In this document: piece after piece, positions 31,295 through 39,813 of the stretch
Numbering within the stretch: the first letter of the stretch is position 1
Layout: every line of letters starts with the position of its first letter
Assembly (NCBI GenBank): GCA_963422645.2
Contig: CAXXVO010000008.1
Location: 1-64,000, forward strand
DNA length: 64,000 bases
Direction: 5' to 3'
Source: Alphaproteobacteria bacterium
GTDB taxonomy: Bacteria; Pseudomonadota; Alphaproteobacteria; UBA828
Position numbers and translations under genes: made by a program
Notes under the pieces: model-generated
The model's database searches: none
Told to the model about the DNA's origin: nothing
Seen by the model: only the letters and a program-made list of their open reading frames with translations

Positions 31295-31444
31295 TGAGCG
31301 CGCGCGGTCTTTCAGCGGGGATCGGGGCCTGATCCGCTCGGATTTGTTGAGGTTTTGGGGCGGGTGCCCCTCGGCGAACTTGCAAGAAGTTCGCCGGGGG
31401 GCTTTGTCTCGTGGTGACGGTCACAATCGCCAGAGACGGCCCCA

Positions 31445-32062
31445 ATGTCGCACAACATTTTCCGCCACTCCATGCTTTGCAACGCCCTGGTCTGGGCCTG
31501 GCTGCGCGAGGTCGATGAGGCCGAGGCGGCGCGCTGCCGCGAGGCGGGCTGCCGACACTGCCCCGGCAAGCTGCACAGCGCGACGTATCCGCGCAAGCCG
31601 TACGGTCTGGCAGCCGAGTTGAGGGAAGAGGGCACGCGGCGGTTCAGCTTCTGCTGCGCGGATTGCCGCCTGCGAGCGACCCCACCATCGGTACGATTCT
31701 TCGGGCGCCGCTTTTATCTGGGCGCCCTGTTCGTTCTGTTGAGTGCACTGGTTCTGAGAGGCGGGGTGCGGTTGCAGACGATCAAGCGGAAGTGGGGGGT
31801 CTCGGTCGCCACACTGCGCCGCTGGCGGAAGTGGTGGCTGGAGGCGTTCCCGGCGACGGAGCCCTGGGGAGCGAAGCGTGGCGAACTGGTGATGCCACCC
31901 GAGGAGGTGCCGCTGCTCTTCGTGCTGCGGCAGATGCGGGGCGGACGCTTCGGTGAGCGTCTGTTCCTGAGCCTGATCTGGTTCAAGCCGTGGACGGGCT
32001 ATTGCGGGCTCGGCGATGGCTCGGCGCCGCCCGCAGAAAGTGTTCCTGTCACGCCCGGATAG
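31445..32062 (+). CDS. Zn-ribbon/HTH accessory protein of the transposon
   Basis: CRHC...CCADC, TPPSVRF and HTH-like GVSVATLRRWRKWW motifs. Confidence 0.7.
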   Translation: MSHNIFRHSMLCNALVWAWLREVDEAEAARCREAGCRHCPGKLHSATYPRKPYGLAAELREEGTRRFSFCCADCRLRATPPSVRFFGRRFYLGALFVLLSALVLRGGVRLQTIKRKWGVSVATLRRWRKWWLEAFPATEPWGAKRGELVMPPEEVPLLFVLRQMRGGRFGERLFLSLIWFKPWTGYCGLGDGSAPPAESVPVTPG

Positions 32063-32111
32063 GGCGTTCTACATGGGCATCTCTCCGATGCGGCGAGGGA
32101 GGGATGCCGGA

Positions 32112-33587
32112 ATGGACAAGGACGACGCGGGCGCCAGGCGCGAGAAGTGGGCCCGGCTGCGCTTTGCGGTGGTGGGGCCGCTTCTGGCTTCACCGCCGCC
32201 TGCAGGCCAGCTGGGGGCCGAGTTCGAGCGTCTGTCGCAGCGCGACTGGGAGCACCCGTCGGGCAAGGGGCCGGTGCGCTTTGCGGCCTCGACGATCGAG
32301 CGCTGGTACTACCGGGCGCGGGCAGAGGAGCAGGACCCGGTCAAGGCGCTGCGCCGGAAGCCTCGGACCGACGTCGGCCGCGAGCGGTCCATGTCGGCGG
32401 GGCTGATCGCGGCGCTGCGCGAGCAGTACCGGGTCCATCCCTCGTGGGCGGCGCAGCTCCACTACGAGACCCTCAAGGCTCATGTTGCGACCCATCCCGA
32501 GCTCGGCCCGATGCCGTCCTACGCGACGCTGACGCGGGCGATGCGCAATCGCGGCCTGGTGCGCGAGCGCCCCAGGAAGTGGCACGAGGGTGAGGACAAG
32601 CCGGCGGTCGAAGCCCGCGAGGTCCTTAGCTACGAGGTGTCTCGCAGTCACGCGCTGTGGCACGGGGACTTCCACCACGGCAAGCGCCGCGTGCTGACGG
32701 CGTCGGGCGAATGGCAGACGCCCATCCTGCTCGGCTTCCTCGACGACCACTCCAGGCTTGGCTGCCACCTGCAGTGGTACCTGGAGGAGACCGCCGAGGT
32801 CTTCGTCCACGGGCTCTGTCAGGCCTTCATGAAGAGGGACTTGCCCAGGTCCCTGCTGACCGACAACGGCGGGCCGATGACGGCGGGCGAGGTCGAGGAG
32901 GGCTTGCACCGCCTCGGCATCGTGGGGGCCACGACACTCGCTTACAGCCCCCATCAAAATGGAAAAATCGAGTCGTTCTGGGGCACGGTCGAGGGCCGCC
33001 TGATGGCTCAGCTCGAAGGCGTCGACGCGCTCACCCTGAAGATGCTCAACGACGCCACCATAGCCTGGCTGGAGCAGGACTACCATCGGCGGGTGCACCG
33101 CGAGCTCGGCATGACGCCGCATGAACGCCTCGCCGGGAGCGTCAAGGCATCGAGGCCCTGCCCCGCCTCGGACGAGCTCAAGGCGGCCTTCCGCATCGCC
33201 AGGAAGCGCACGCTCAGGCGCTCGGACGGCACCGTCTCGGTCGAGGGCATCCGCTACCAGGTGCCACAGCCGTGGCGCCACCTGAGGACGCTCTGGGTCC
33301 GCTATGCGCGCTGGGACCTCAGCGGCGTCGATCTGGTGGAAGGCCGAAGCGGCGAGCGGCTGTGCACGCTGTACCCCCTCGACAAGCGCGGCAACGCCGA
33401 TGGCGTCCGCCGTCCTGCGAGACCCGGCAGCGACCATGGCGGCGCCAGCGCGGGCGTCGGCGAACTTCCGCCGCTGCTCAAGGGCGTGCTCGACGCCCAG
33501 GCCGCAACAGGCCTGCCGCCGGCCTGGGTACCCCATAACAAGACGCCCGGTCCGGGCGAGGACGACGATCAGGGAGATCCGTCATGA
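32112..33587 (+). CDS. DDE (rve-type) transposase with N-terminal HTH
   Basis: LWHGDFHH, FLDDHSR, LTDNGG and NGKIESFW motifs; Mu-like C-terminal RRSDGTVSVEGIRYQVP. Confidence 0.9.
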   Translation: MDKDDAGARREKWARLRFAVVGPLLASPPPAGQLGAEFERLSQRDWEHPSGKGPVRFAASTIERWYYRARAEEQDPVKALRRKPRTDVGRERSMSAGLIAALREQYRVHPSWAAQLHYETLKAHVATHPELGPMPSYATLTRAMRNRGLVRERPRKWHEGEDKPAVEAREVLSYEVSRSHALWHGDFHHGKRRVLTASGEWQTPILLGFLDDHSRLGCHLQWYLEETAEVFVHGLCQAFMKRDLPRSLLTDNGGPMTAGEVEEGLHRLGIVGATTLAYSPHQNGKIESFWGTVEGRLMAQLEGVDALTLKMLNDATIAWLEQDYHRRVHRELGMTPHERLAGSVKASRPCPASDELKAAFRIARKRTLRRSDGTVSVEGIRYQVPQPWRHLRTLWVRYARWDLSGVDLVEGRSGERLCTLYPLDKRGNADGVRRPARPGSDHGGASAGVGELPPLLKGVLDAQAATGLPPAWVPHNKTPGPGEDDDQGDPS

Positions 33588-34417
33588 ACCGCGAGCTGCT
33601 CACCTTCTACGGGCTCAAATGGAACCCCTTCGCCACCGACCTTCCGGTCGACAGCCTCATGGTGAGCCCCGCCGTCGACAGCTTCTGCCTCAGAATCGAG
33701 CATCATCTTGTGCGCCAGGGCGGCTTCGCGTTGATCGCCGGCGAGCCCGGCACCGGAAAGAGCGTGGCGTTGCGCGTGCTCGCCGACCGCCTCGGCCGCT
33801 CGGACGGGCTCAGGGTCTGTGCCATCACCCACCCCTCTTCCAGGCTGTCCGACTTCTACCGCGAGATCGGCGGGATGTTCGGCGTCGACCTGATGTACAA
33901 CAACCGCTGGGCCAGCTTCAAAAACCTGCGCGAGCGATGGCTCACCCATGTCGACGACACCCGCATGCGGCCCGTGGTGCTCATCGACGAGGCCCAGGAG
34001 CTGCTGCCCTCGGTGATCTCCGAGATCCGCCTGCTGGCGTCCACCGACTTCGACTCGCGCGCCATCCTCTCGGTCGTCTTCGCCGGCGACAGCCGCCTGA
34101 TCGACAGGCTCCGCCAGCCCGACTTGCAGCCCATCGCCTCGCGCCTGCGCCAGCGCCTGGTCATGACCCAGGCAGACGCCGGCGACCTCGCGGCCCTGCT
34201 CGACCATCTGGTCGAGCAGGCCGGCAATCCGGGCCTCATGAGCGCAGAGCTCAAGGACACCCTGGTCACCCACGCCGGCGGCAACCCCAGGGCGCTTACC
34301 GTCATGGGCGACATGCTGCTCGCCGCCGGCGCCGAGAAGAACCGCGAGGTTCTCGACGAGAAGCTCTTCATGGAGATCCTGGGCGAGCCCGCCAAGCCGA
34401 AGAGGGCACGGCGGTGA
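33584..34417 (+). CDS. ExeA-like AAA+ ATPase (transposition helper)
   Basis: YGLKWNPF, Walker A GEPGTGKS, Walker B LIDEAQ and GNPR motifs. ATGA overlap with the transposase. Confidence 0.88.
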   Translation: MNRELLTFYGLKWNPFATDLPVDSLMVSPAVDSFCLRIEHHLVRQGGFALIAGEPGTGKSVALRVLADRLGRSDGLRVCAITHPSSRLSDFYREIGGMFGVDLMYNNRWASFKNLRERWLTHVDDTRMRPVVLIDEAQELLPSVISEIRLLASTDFDSRAILSVVFAGDSRLIDRLRQPDLQPIASRLRQRLVMTQADAGDLAALLDHLVEQAGNPGLMSAELKDTLVTHAGGNPRALTVMGDMLLAAGAEKNREVLDEKLFMEILGEPAKPKRARR

Positions 34418-35412
34418 AGGGCTTCCCGACACGGGCGCCGATGCAGCTCGAGGATCGCCCCCGGGCGCAACAGTGGATGGTGGACACGCTGTGGGCCGAG
34501 CAGGCCGTGGGCATCGTCGGCGGCGAGCCCAAGTGCGGCAAATCCCTGCTCGCGCTCGATCTCGCCGTCGCCGTGGCCACCGGCGTCCCATGCCTGCGCC
34601 ACTACCGCCCCAGCGCAAGCGGCACCGTGCTGCTCTTCGCCGCCGAGGACGCCGGCCACAGGGTGCGCAAGCGTCTGCAGGGGATCGCCCGCGCCGCCGC
34701 CACCCCCTTCGACGAACTCGACATCGCCGTCATCGACGTGCCCACCCTGCGTCTCGACCGGCCCGGCGACCGTCAACGCCTGCAGCAGACCGTGGAGCGC
34801 ATCGAACCGCGCCTCCTGATCCTCGATCCCCTGGTCCGCCTGCACAGCGTCGACGAGAACGCCGTCGCAGAGATCGCCCCCATCCTCGGCTTCCTGCGCG
34901 AACTGCAGCGCCGCTTCGAAACCGCCGTCCTCCTCGTCCACCACGCCCGCAAGAGCGGCGGCACCCGGCCGGGGCAGGCCCTGCGCGGGAGCAGCGAGCT
35001 GCACGCTTGGGGTGACTCAAATCTGTACCTGCGCCGGCGCGACAAGAAGATCGTCATGACGGTCGAGCAGCGCGACGCCCGGGGCCTCAACGACATCGAG
35101 CTGGAACTCGTCGACGGCGGACATGGGCCGGCCTTCCGTCTGCACCAGGACGCGGCAGATGAAGACAGGCACGAGCCCGCCACCGTCGAGCAGCGCGTCT
35201 TCAAGGCGATCGAGCAGGCCGAAAAGCCGCTCTCGAAAGCCCAGATCCGCTCACGCGCCGCTGCCCGCAACGCCACCGTCGTTGCCGCCATCGAGAGCCT
35301 CACCAGGGAGGGGCGCATCGAACGGGCGCCCAGGGGTGGCTATCGCCTCGCAGCCGCCGAGGCGCACCGGGAGCCGCAATCCCCTGCCGCCATCAACGGA
35401 AGTGCGGGATGA
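34414..35412 (+). CDS. RepA-like (AAA_25, RecA/SF4) helicase-type ATPase with C-terminal wHTH
   Basis: GEPKCGKS, LILDPL, LVHHARK and LRGSS motifs. GTGA overlap with the previous gene. Confidence 0.85.
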   Translation: MKGFPTRAPMQLEDRPRAQQWMVDTLWAEQAVGIVGGEPKCGKSLLALDLAVAVATGVPCLRHYRPSASGTVLLFAAEDAGHRVRKRLQGIARAAATPFDELDIAVIDVPTLRLDRPGDRQRLQQTVERIEPRLLILDPLVRLHSVDENAVAEIAPILGFLRELQRRFETAVLLVHHARKSGGTRPGQALRGSSELHAWGDSNLYLRRRDKKIVMTVEQRDARGLNDIELELVDGGHGPAFRLHQDAADEDRHEPATVEQRVFKAIEQAEKPLSKAQIRSRAAARNATVVAAIESLTREGRIERAPRGGYRLAAAEAHREPQSPAAINGSAG

Positions 35413-35473
35413 GGCGTTCCCGTTCCCGTTCCCGGAACTCTTAAGCGTTGAAGGGTACAGGAACGGGAACGCC
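35413..35473. repeat. 21-bp imperfect inverted repeat built of CGTTCC units (origin-like)
   Basis: GGCGTTCCCGTTCCCGTTCCC - 19-nt AT-richer spacer - GGGTACAGGAACGGGAACGCC; 19/21 positions pair. Confidence 0.85.
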
Positions 35474-35514
35474 GTCAGCCTCCCTTCCAAGCAGACCTTC
35501 GCCGGGACCCGGCA

Positions 35515-36384
35515 ATGAGCGGCGGCGATCCCCTGGCCACCTGCCGCAACATCCCCCTCGACCGGGTCGCCGCCGCCCTCGGCTACCGCAGAGACCCGAC
35601 CGACCGGGCGCGCTTCAAGCGCGGGGGCTCGGTCATCAGCATCAACGGCGAGAAGTTCTTCGATCACCTGCGCGGCACGGGAGGGGGTGGCGCCATCGAC
35701 CTCGTCATCCATGCGACGGGATGCCGCTTCCCGGAAGCCCTCCGCTTCCTCGGAAGCCATGAGGGGCGGAGGGAGATCACCACCATCCCAGCCGCCCCGC
35801 GACGCCTGCGGCTGCCAAGGCCCAGTCCCCGCGCCTGGCCCAGGGTCCGGGACGCCCTCATCCGCCAACGCGCTATCGGCACCGACGTGCTCGAAGCCTG
35901 CCACGGCCGAGGCCTCCTCTACGCCGATGACAGGATCAACGCCGTCTTCATCTGCCGAAACGCCAGCGGGCACACGACCGGCGCCGAGATCCTCGGCACC
36001 GCGCCGCAGCCCGGAACAAAACGCTTCAGGGGCATGGCCCCGGGATCGCGCAAGGCGCGTGGCGGCTTCTGGCTCCACTGCGACCGAAACCAGCCCGCCC
36101 TCGTCATCCTCACCGAGAGCGCCGTCGACGCCATCTCTGCACGAAGCCTGCGCGTCGAGGGGACGCGCGAGAACGGCGCCGTCGTCGCCTCAACCGCCGG
36201 CATCGCCAGCTCGGTCCCGCCCTGGATCAAGGAGTGGAAGCCACGTCGCATCGTCTGTGCCTACGACGCAGACAGCGCCGGCGACACTGCCGCCGAGCAT
36301 CTCGTGCTCAACGATCCAAGGGTGAAAAGGTTGCGCCCACGACACGCCAAGGACTGGAACGAGATGCTCCTGCGGTCTCGATGA
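35515..36384 (+). CDS. Toprim-domain primase-like protein (DUF3991-like)
   Basis: GGGAIDLV, TESAVDA, YDADSAG (DxD) and KDWNE motifs. Confidence 0.85.
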   Translation: MSGGDPLATCRNIPLDRVAAALGYRRDPTDRARFKRGGSVISINGEKFFDHLRGTGGGGAIDLVIHATGCRFPEALRFLGSHEGRREITTIPAAPRRLRLPRPSPRAWPRVRDALIRQRAIGTDVLEACHGRGLLYADDRINAVFICRNASGHTTGAEILGTAPQPGTKRFRGMAPGSRKARGGFWLHCDRNQPALVILTESAVDAISARSLRVEGTRENGAVVASTAGIASSVPPWIKEWKPRRIVCAYDADSAGDTAAEHLVLNDPRVKRLRPRHAKDWNEMLLRSR

Positions 36385-36483
36385 AAGCCAGGCCACTCAC
36401 CGCTCTCGCAGATCAACCAAGCGCCGCATCACGAACATCAAATAATCCGAAAACCGCACCATCAAATGCTGGGCGCACGCTCA

Positions 36484-36843
36484 CTTTCTCGTCGACGGCT
36501 TGTACCGGTCGAAGTGGGCCTCCTTCCACTCGCCCTCGATGAATTCCCGCAACAGCGGAACAGCGCGTTTCGGCGCGGTCTCTCTGTCGGGCTCAGTAAG
36601 GGACTGCCGCGCGAGGCATTCCTTTCGGGCCTCGGCGATCCCCATTGTCGAGACGGGACCGAGAGAGACGCGCCGTGATACGCCTCCGACATGGCGCAAC
36701 ATGACAAAGGTCCGTGCTCCGGTTGACCGTACCCGGACCCCGAGACCCGGGCTGCGGCTGTCCCAGACGGTATATTCCCGCTCGCGGGGACGCAGGCGGG
36801 CGATGGCGGCATCGGTGAGGCGCATGCGTTTCCTGCCCGCCAT
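36484..36843 (-). pseudogene. Second tyrosine integrase; only the arm-binding N-terminus remains
   Basis: RLTDAAI..VWDSRSPGLGVRV..G.RTF motif; cut at the transposon right end. Confidence 0.8.
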
Positions 36844-36846
36844 GGC

Positions 36847-37968
36847 TCAGCGCTCCAGAATGGCGCCGACGGTCTCGGCGGCGTCCAGCACCATGGCGTC
36901 GGCGGCATGGGTGTATTTGAGCGTGGTTTTCGCACTGCGGTGCCCGAGCAGCCGGCCGATGGCGAGGACGGTCTCGCCCTGCCGCAATGCGATGCTGGCA
37001 TGGGTATGGCGAAGATCGTGAAGACGGACGTCGTTGAGGTCTGCCTCGGCGCGGATCGTAAACCAGAAAGGGTCCAGCCAACTTCTACCCGACGGCCCTC
37101 CGGTCCGGGGCGCCAGGAAGACCCACCGGCCGGTTCGCTCGATCCCGTCGAGGATCTTCCGTGCTGGGTCGGATAGCCAGACGGTTCGGGGACCCGTCTT
37201 GCTGTCGCGCAGGAAGAGACGGCCTTCCCGGTAGTCAGACCATCGCAGCGTCAGGATCTCGCTCTTGCGGCACCCCGTCAGGAGGAGAAGACGGACGGCC
37301 GCGACTTGAAGCGGCTTTCGTTCGGCATGAGCAGACAGTGCTGCGGACAGCCGGCGGATCTCGTCGTCGGACAGGAAGCACTCCCTCCCTTTCCGGCGAT
37401 AGCGCCGGATGCCCCGGCAGGGGTTGGAGCCCTCGGGACGAAGGCCCATCGTCTCCGCCTCTCTCATGATGACGGAGAGCACCGGCATGGAACGATCGGC
37501 CGCGACCGGGATAGCACGGAGCGAGGCGAACCAGTTGCGGACCTCCCGGCTGTCGACGTCGGCAACCGGGCGTCCCGAGAAGCACGGCAGGATCTGATTG
37601 CGCAGGTAGCCGCGGTTCACTTCGAGCGTTCGCGCCTTCCAGACCCGCTGGTAGCGCTCGAACACGGTCTCGGCGACGGCTTCGAAGAGGGTCTCGCCGG
37701 AATGGGGAGGCGTATCCTCCCCCCGCCGGATCGCGGCCTGCATTTCGTCTGCGCGACGCCGTGCCTCCCCGACGCTCATGGAGTTAGCATCCCCGACGAT
37801 CTTCCAGACGCGCTCGCCGCGATGCTGGCAGTGGATGAAGAAGCATTTGCGGCCCGAGGGCGAGACGCGGACGCCGAAGCCGGTGAGCTTGCTGTCGCGG
37901 GTGTCGTATGCGGACTTGCGGGGCCGGAGCGCTGTGACGCGGGCGGCGGTAAGAGTGATTCTGGCCAT
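36847..37968 (-). CDS. Tyrosine recombinase/integrase with arm-binding domain
   Basis: TGCRKSEI, HDLRHT and LGH...TLKY catalytic residues. Confidence 0.92.
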   Translation of the reverse strand: MARITLTAARVTALRPRKSAYDTRDSKLTGFGVRVSPSGRKCFFIHCQHRGERVWKIVGDANSMSVGEARRRADEMQAAIRRGEDTPPHSGETLFEAVAETVFERYQRVWKARTLEVNRGYLRNQILPCFSGRPVADVDSREVRNWFASLRAIPVAADRSMPVLSVIMREAETMGLRPEGSNPCRGIRRYRRKGRECFLSDDEIRRLSAALSAHAERKPLQVAAVRLLLLTGCRKSEILTLRWSDYREGRLFLRDSKTGPRTVWLSDPARKILDGIERTGRWVFLAPRTGGPSGRSWLDPFWFTIRAEADLNDVRLHDLRHTHASIALRQGETVLAIGRLLGHRSAKTTLKYTHAADAMVLDAAETVGAILER

Positions 37969-38111
37969 TCGTATTCTCCCGGTTGCAGTTGCAGCCAGGG
38001 AACGGAGGGTTGCGGAATCCGTTCACCTGCAACAATTGTCAGGAGAAAAAACGACCCTGTGTCAGATGGTTAGAACCGAAGGTGCGTCGTCCGGTGTGCC
38101 TGACTGCGCAA

Positions 38112-38138
38112 GATGCCCGGAACGAGTCCGGGCATGAC
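38112..38138. repeat. REP-like palindrome
   Basis: ATGCCCGGA-ACGAG-TCCGGGCAT followed by GAC, resembling alphaproteobacterial GTCAT-type extragenic palindromes. Confidence 0.6.
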
Positions 38139-38249
38139 GAGAAGGGGGAAGGACTCGGTTGGAGGGGCAGCGCGTCTCTCCGACCGTATGCGAATGAACT
38201 TCGGAAACCGGACACTAGGTAGGGCCCGAGCTCCAAGAATCCACCCGAA

Positions 38250-39794
38250 CTAAGGCCGCACGGGAAAGCTCGTCGGGCCCTTCAGGTGCGCGAGCAGCGG
38301 CTGGACCCGGGCGATCCAGTCGCAGAGCACGGGGCGGGTCTCGCGCGGGTCGATGAGCTCGTGGATCGAGAAGCTCTCCGCGCGCGGCTCCGGGGACTGC
38401 CGCGCGAGCATCTCCTCCTCAAGCCGCTCGCGCTCGGCGATGGGGTCGTCGGCCTTGGCGATCTGGCGGCCGAAGACCACTGCCACGCCGCCCTCGACCG
38501 GGAGGGCACCCGTCTCGGCGGACGGCCAGGCAACGACGAATCCGTCAGGGCCGAAGTGCGCGGCCACGGCAACGCCATGCGCCTTGCGCACGATCACCGA
38601 CGCCCAGGGCACCACGGAACTCGCGGCAGCCAGCACGGTGGCCGCGCCGAAGCGGATCGTACCGGCCTTCTCCGCCTCCGTCCCGAGCATGAAGCCGGGC
38701 TCGTCGACCAGGCTCACGATCGGCAGGTGAAACGTGTCGCAGAGCTCGATGAAGCGGCGGGTTTTCTGAGAGCCTGCCGCGGTCATCGCGCCGGCCAGGT
38801 GCCAGCAGTCGTTGGCGAGCACGCCGACCGGCTGGCCCGAGAGCCGGGCGAGGCCGGTGATCGTGCCTTGGCCGTAGAGCCGGCCGATCTCGAAGAACGA
38901 GCCCTCGTCCAGCACCAGCGCAATCACGCGCCGCATGTCGTAGAGCTTGCGCCGGTTGCGCGGCACGATCTCGATGAGTTCCTCGGTCCGCCGGCCCGCC
39001 GGGTCGTCGGCCGCCGTGCAGGGCGGGAGCTCCCAGACGTTGGGCGGCAGGTAGCTCAGGAATCGACGGATCTCGGCGAAGGCCGCCGGCTCGTCCGCCA
39101 CAAGATTGTCGACGACGCCGTTCCTGGCATGCACCTTCGGCCCGCCGAGCGCCTCCTTGCTCGGGCGGCGGCCGAGCGCGCGCGCGACCACGGCGGGGCC
39201 CGCGACCATAACCTGCGTCGTCTCGGTCATCACCGAGAAGTGCGAGGCCACCAGGCGCGCCGCAGGCAGGCCCGCCACCGCGCCGAGCCCCGCCGAGGCG
39301 ACCGGCACGGTCGCCATCGCGCGAGCCACGGAGGCGAAGCGCGGCGGGGCGTTGACCGGCGTGCCCACCGTCTTGGAGCCGGAGCCGGCGACGCTGCCGC
39401 CCGCGCCCTGGTGCAGGCGCACCAGAGGCACGCGGTAGGTGCAGGCGAGTTCCTCCGCATAGACGCTCTTGCGCAAGCCGGCCTCGTTGGGCGAGCCGCC
39501 CCGGAGCGTGAAGTCCTCACCGCCAATCACGCAGCGGCGCCCGTCGACCGTGCCGAAGCCGAGCACGAAGTTGGCCGGGGAGAAATCGGTGAGCCGCCCC
39601 TCGCTGTCGCGGGTCGCATCGCCCGAGGCGCCGCCCAGCTCCTGAAAGGAACCGTCGTCGAGCATGGCGTCGATCCGTTCGCGGATCGTGAGCAGCCCCC
39701 TGGCGTGCTGTCGGGCGACGCCCTCCTCCCCGCCCTGCGCCTGCGCGAGCGCCCGCTTCTGCGCGAGCTCGTCGACCTCCTTCTCCCAGCTCAT
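38250..39794 (-). CDS. Acyl-CoA carboxylase carboxyltransferase subunit
   Basis: TIRERID, DFTLRGGS and VDEPGFM motifs. Confidence 0.9.
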   Translation of the reverse strand: MSWEKEVDELAQKRALAQAQGGEEGVARQHARGLLTIRERIDAMLDDGSFQELGGASGDATRDSEGRLTDFSPANFVLGFGTVDGRRCVIGGEDFTLRGGSPNEAGLRKSVYAEELACTYRVPLVRLHQGAGGSVAGSGSKTVGTPVNAPPRFASVARAMATVPVASAGLGAVAGLPAARLVASHFSVMTETTQVMVAGPAVVARALGRRPSKEALGGPKVHARNGVVDNLVADEPAAFAEIRRFLSYLPPNVWELPPCTAADDPAGRRTEELIEIVPRNRRKLYDMRRVIALVLDEGSFFEIGRLYGQGTITGLARLSGQPVGVLANDCWHLAGAMTAAGSQKTRRFIELCDTFHLPIVSLVDEPGFMLGTEAEKAGTIRFGAATVLAAASSVVPWASVIVRKAHGVAVAAHFGPDGFVVAWPSAETGALPVEGGVAVVFGRQIAKADDPIAERERLEEEMLARQSPEPRAESFSIHELIDPRETRPVLCDWIARVQPLLAHLKGPTSFPVRP

Positions 39795-39813
39795 ATTGGG
39801 GACTTGTGGGGTC

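Larger units (their letters stand above)
31295..36483 (+). mobile_element. 5.2-kb TG...CA DDE transposon with ATPase, helicase and primase genes
   Basis: Ends TGAGCGCGCG / CGCACGCTCA. Subterminal motif TCGGATTTGTTGAGGTT vs TCGGATTATTTGATGTT (14/17). The right end is confirmed by the second copy. Confidence 0.85.
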
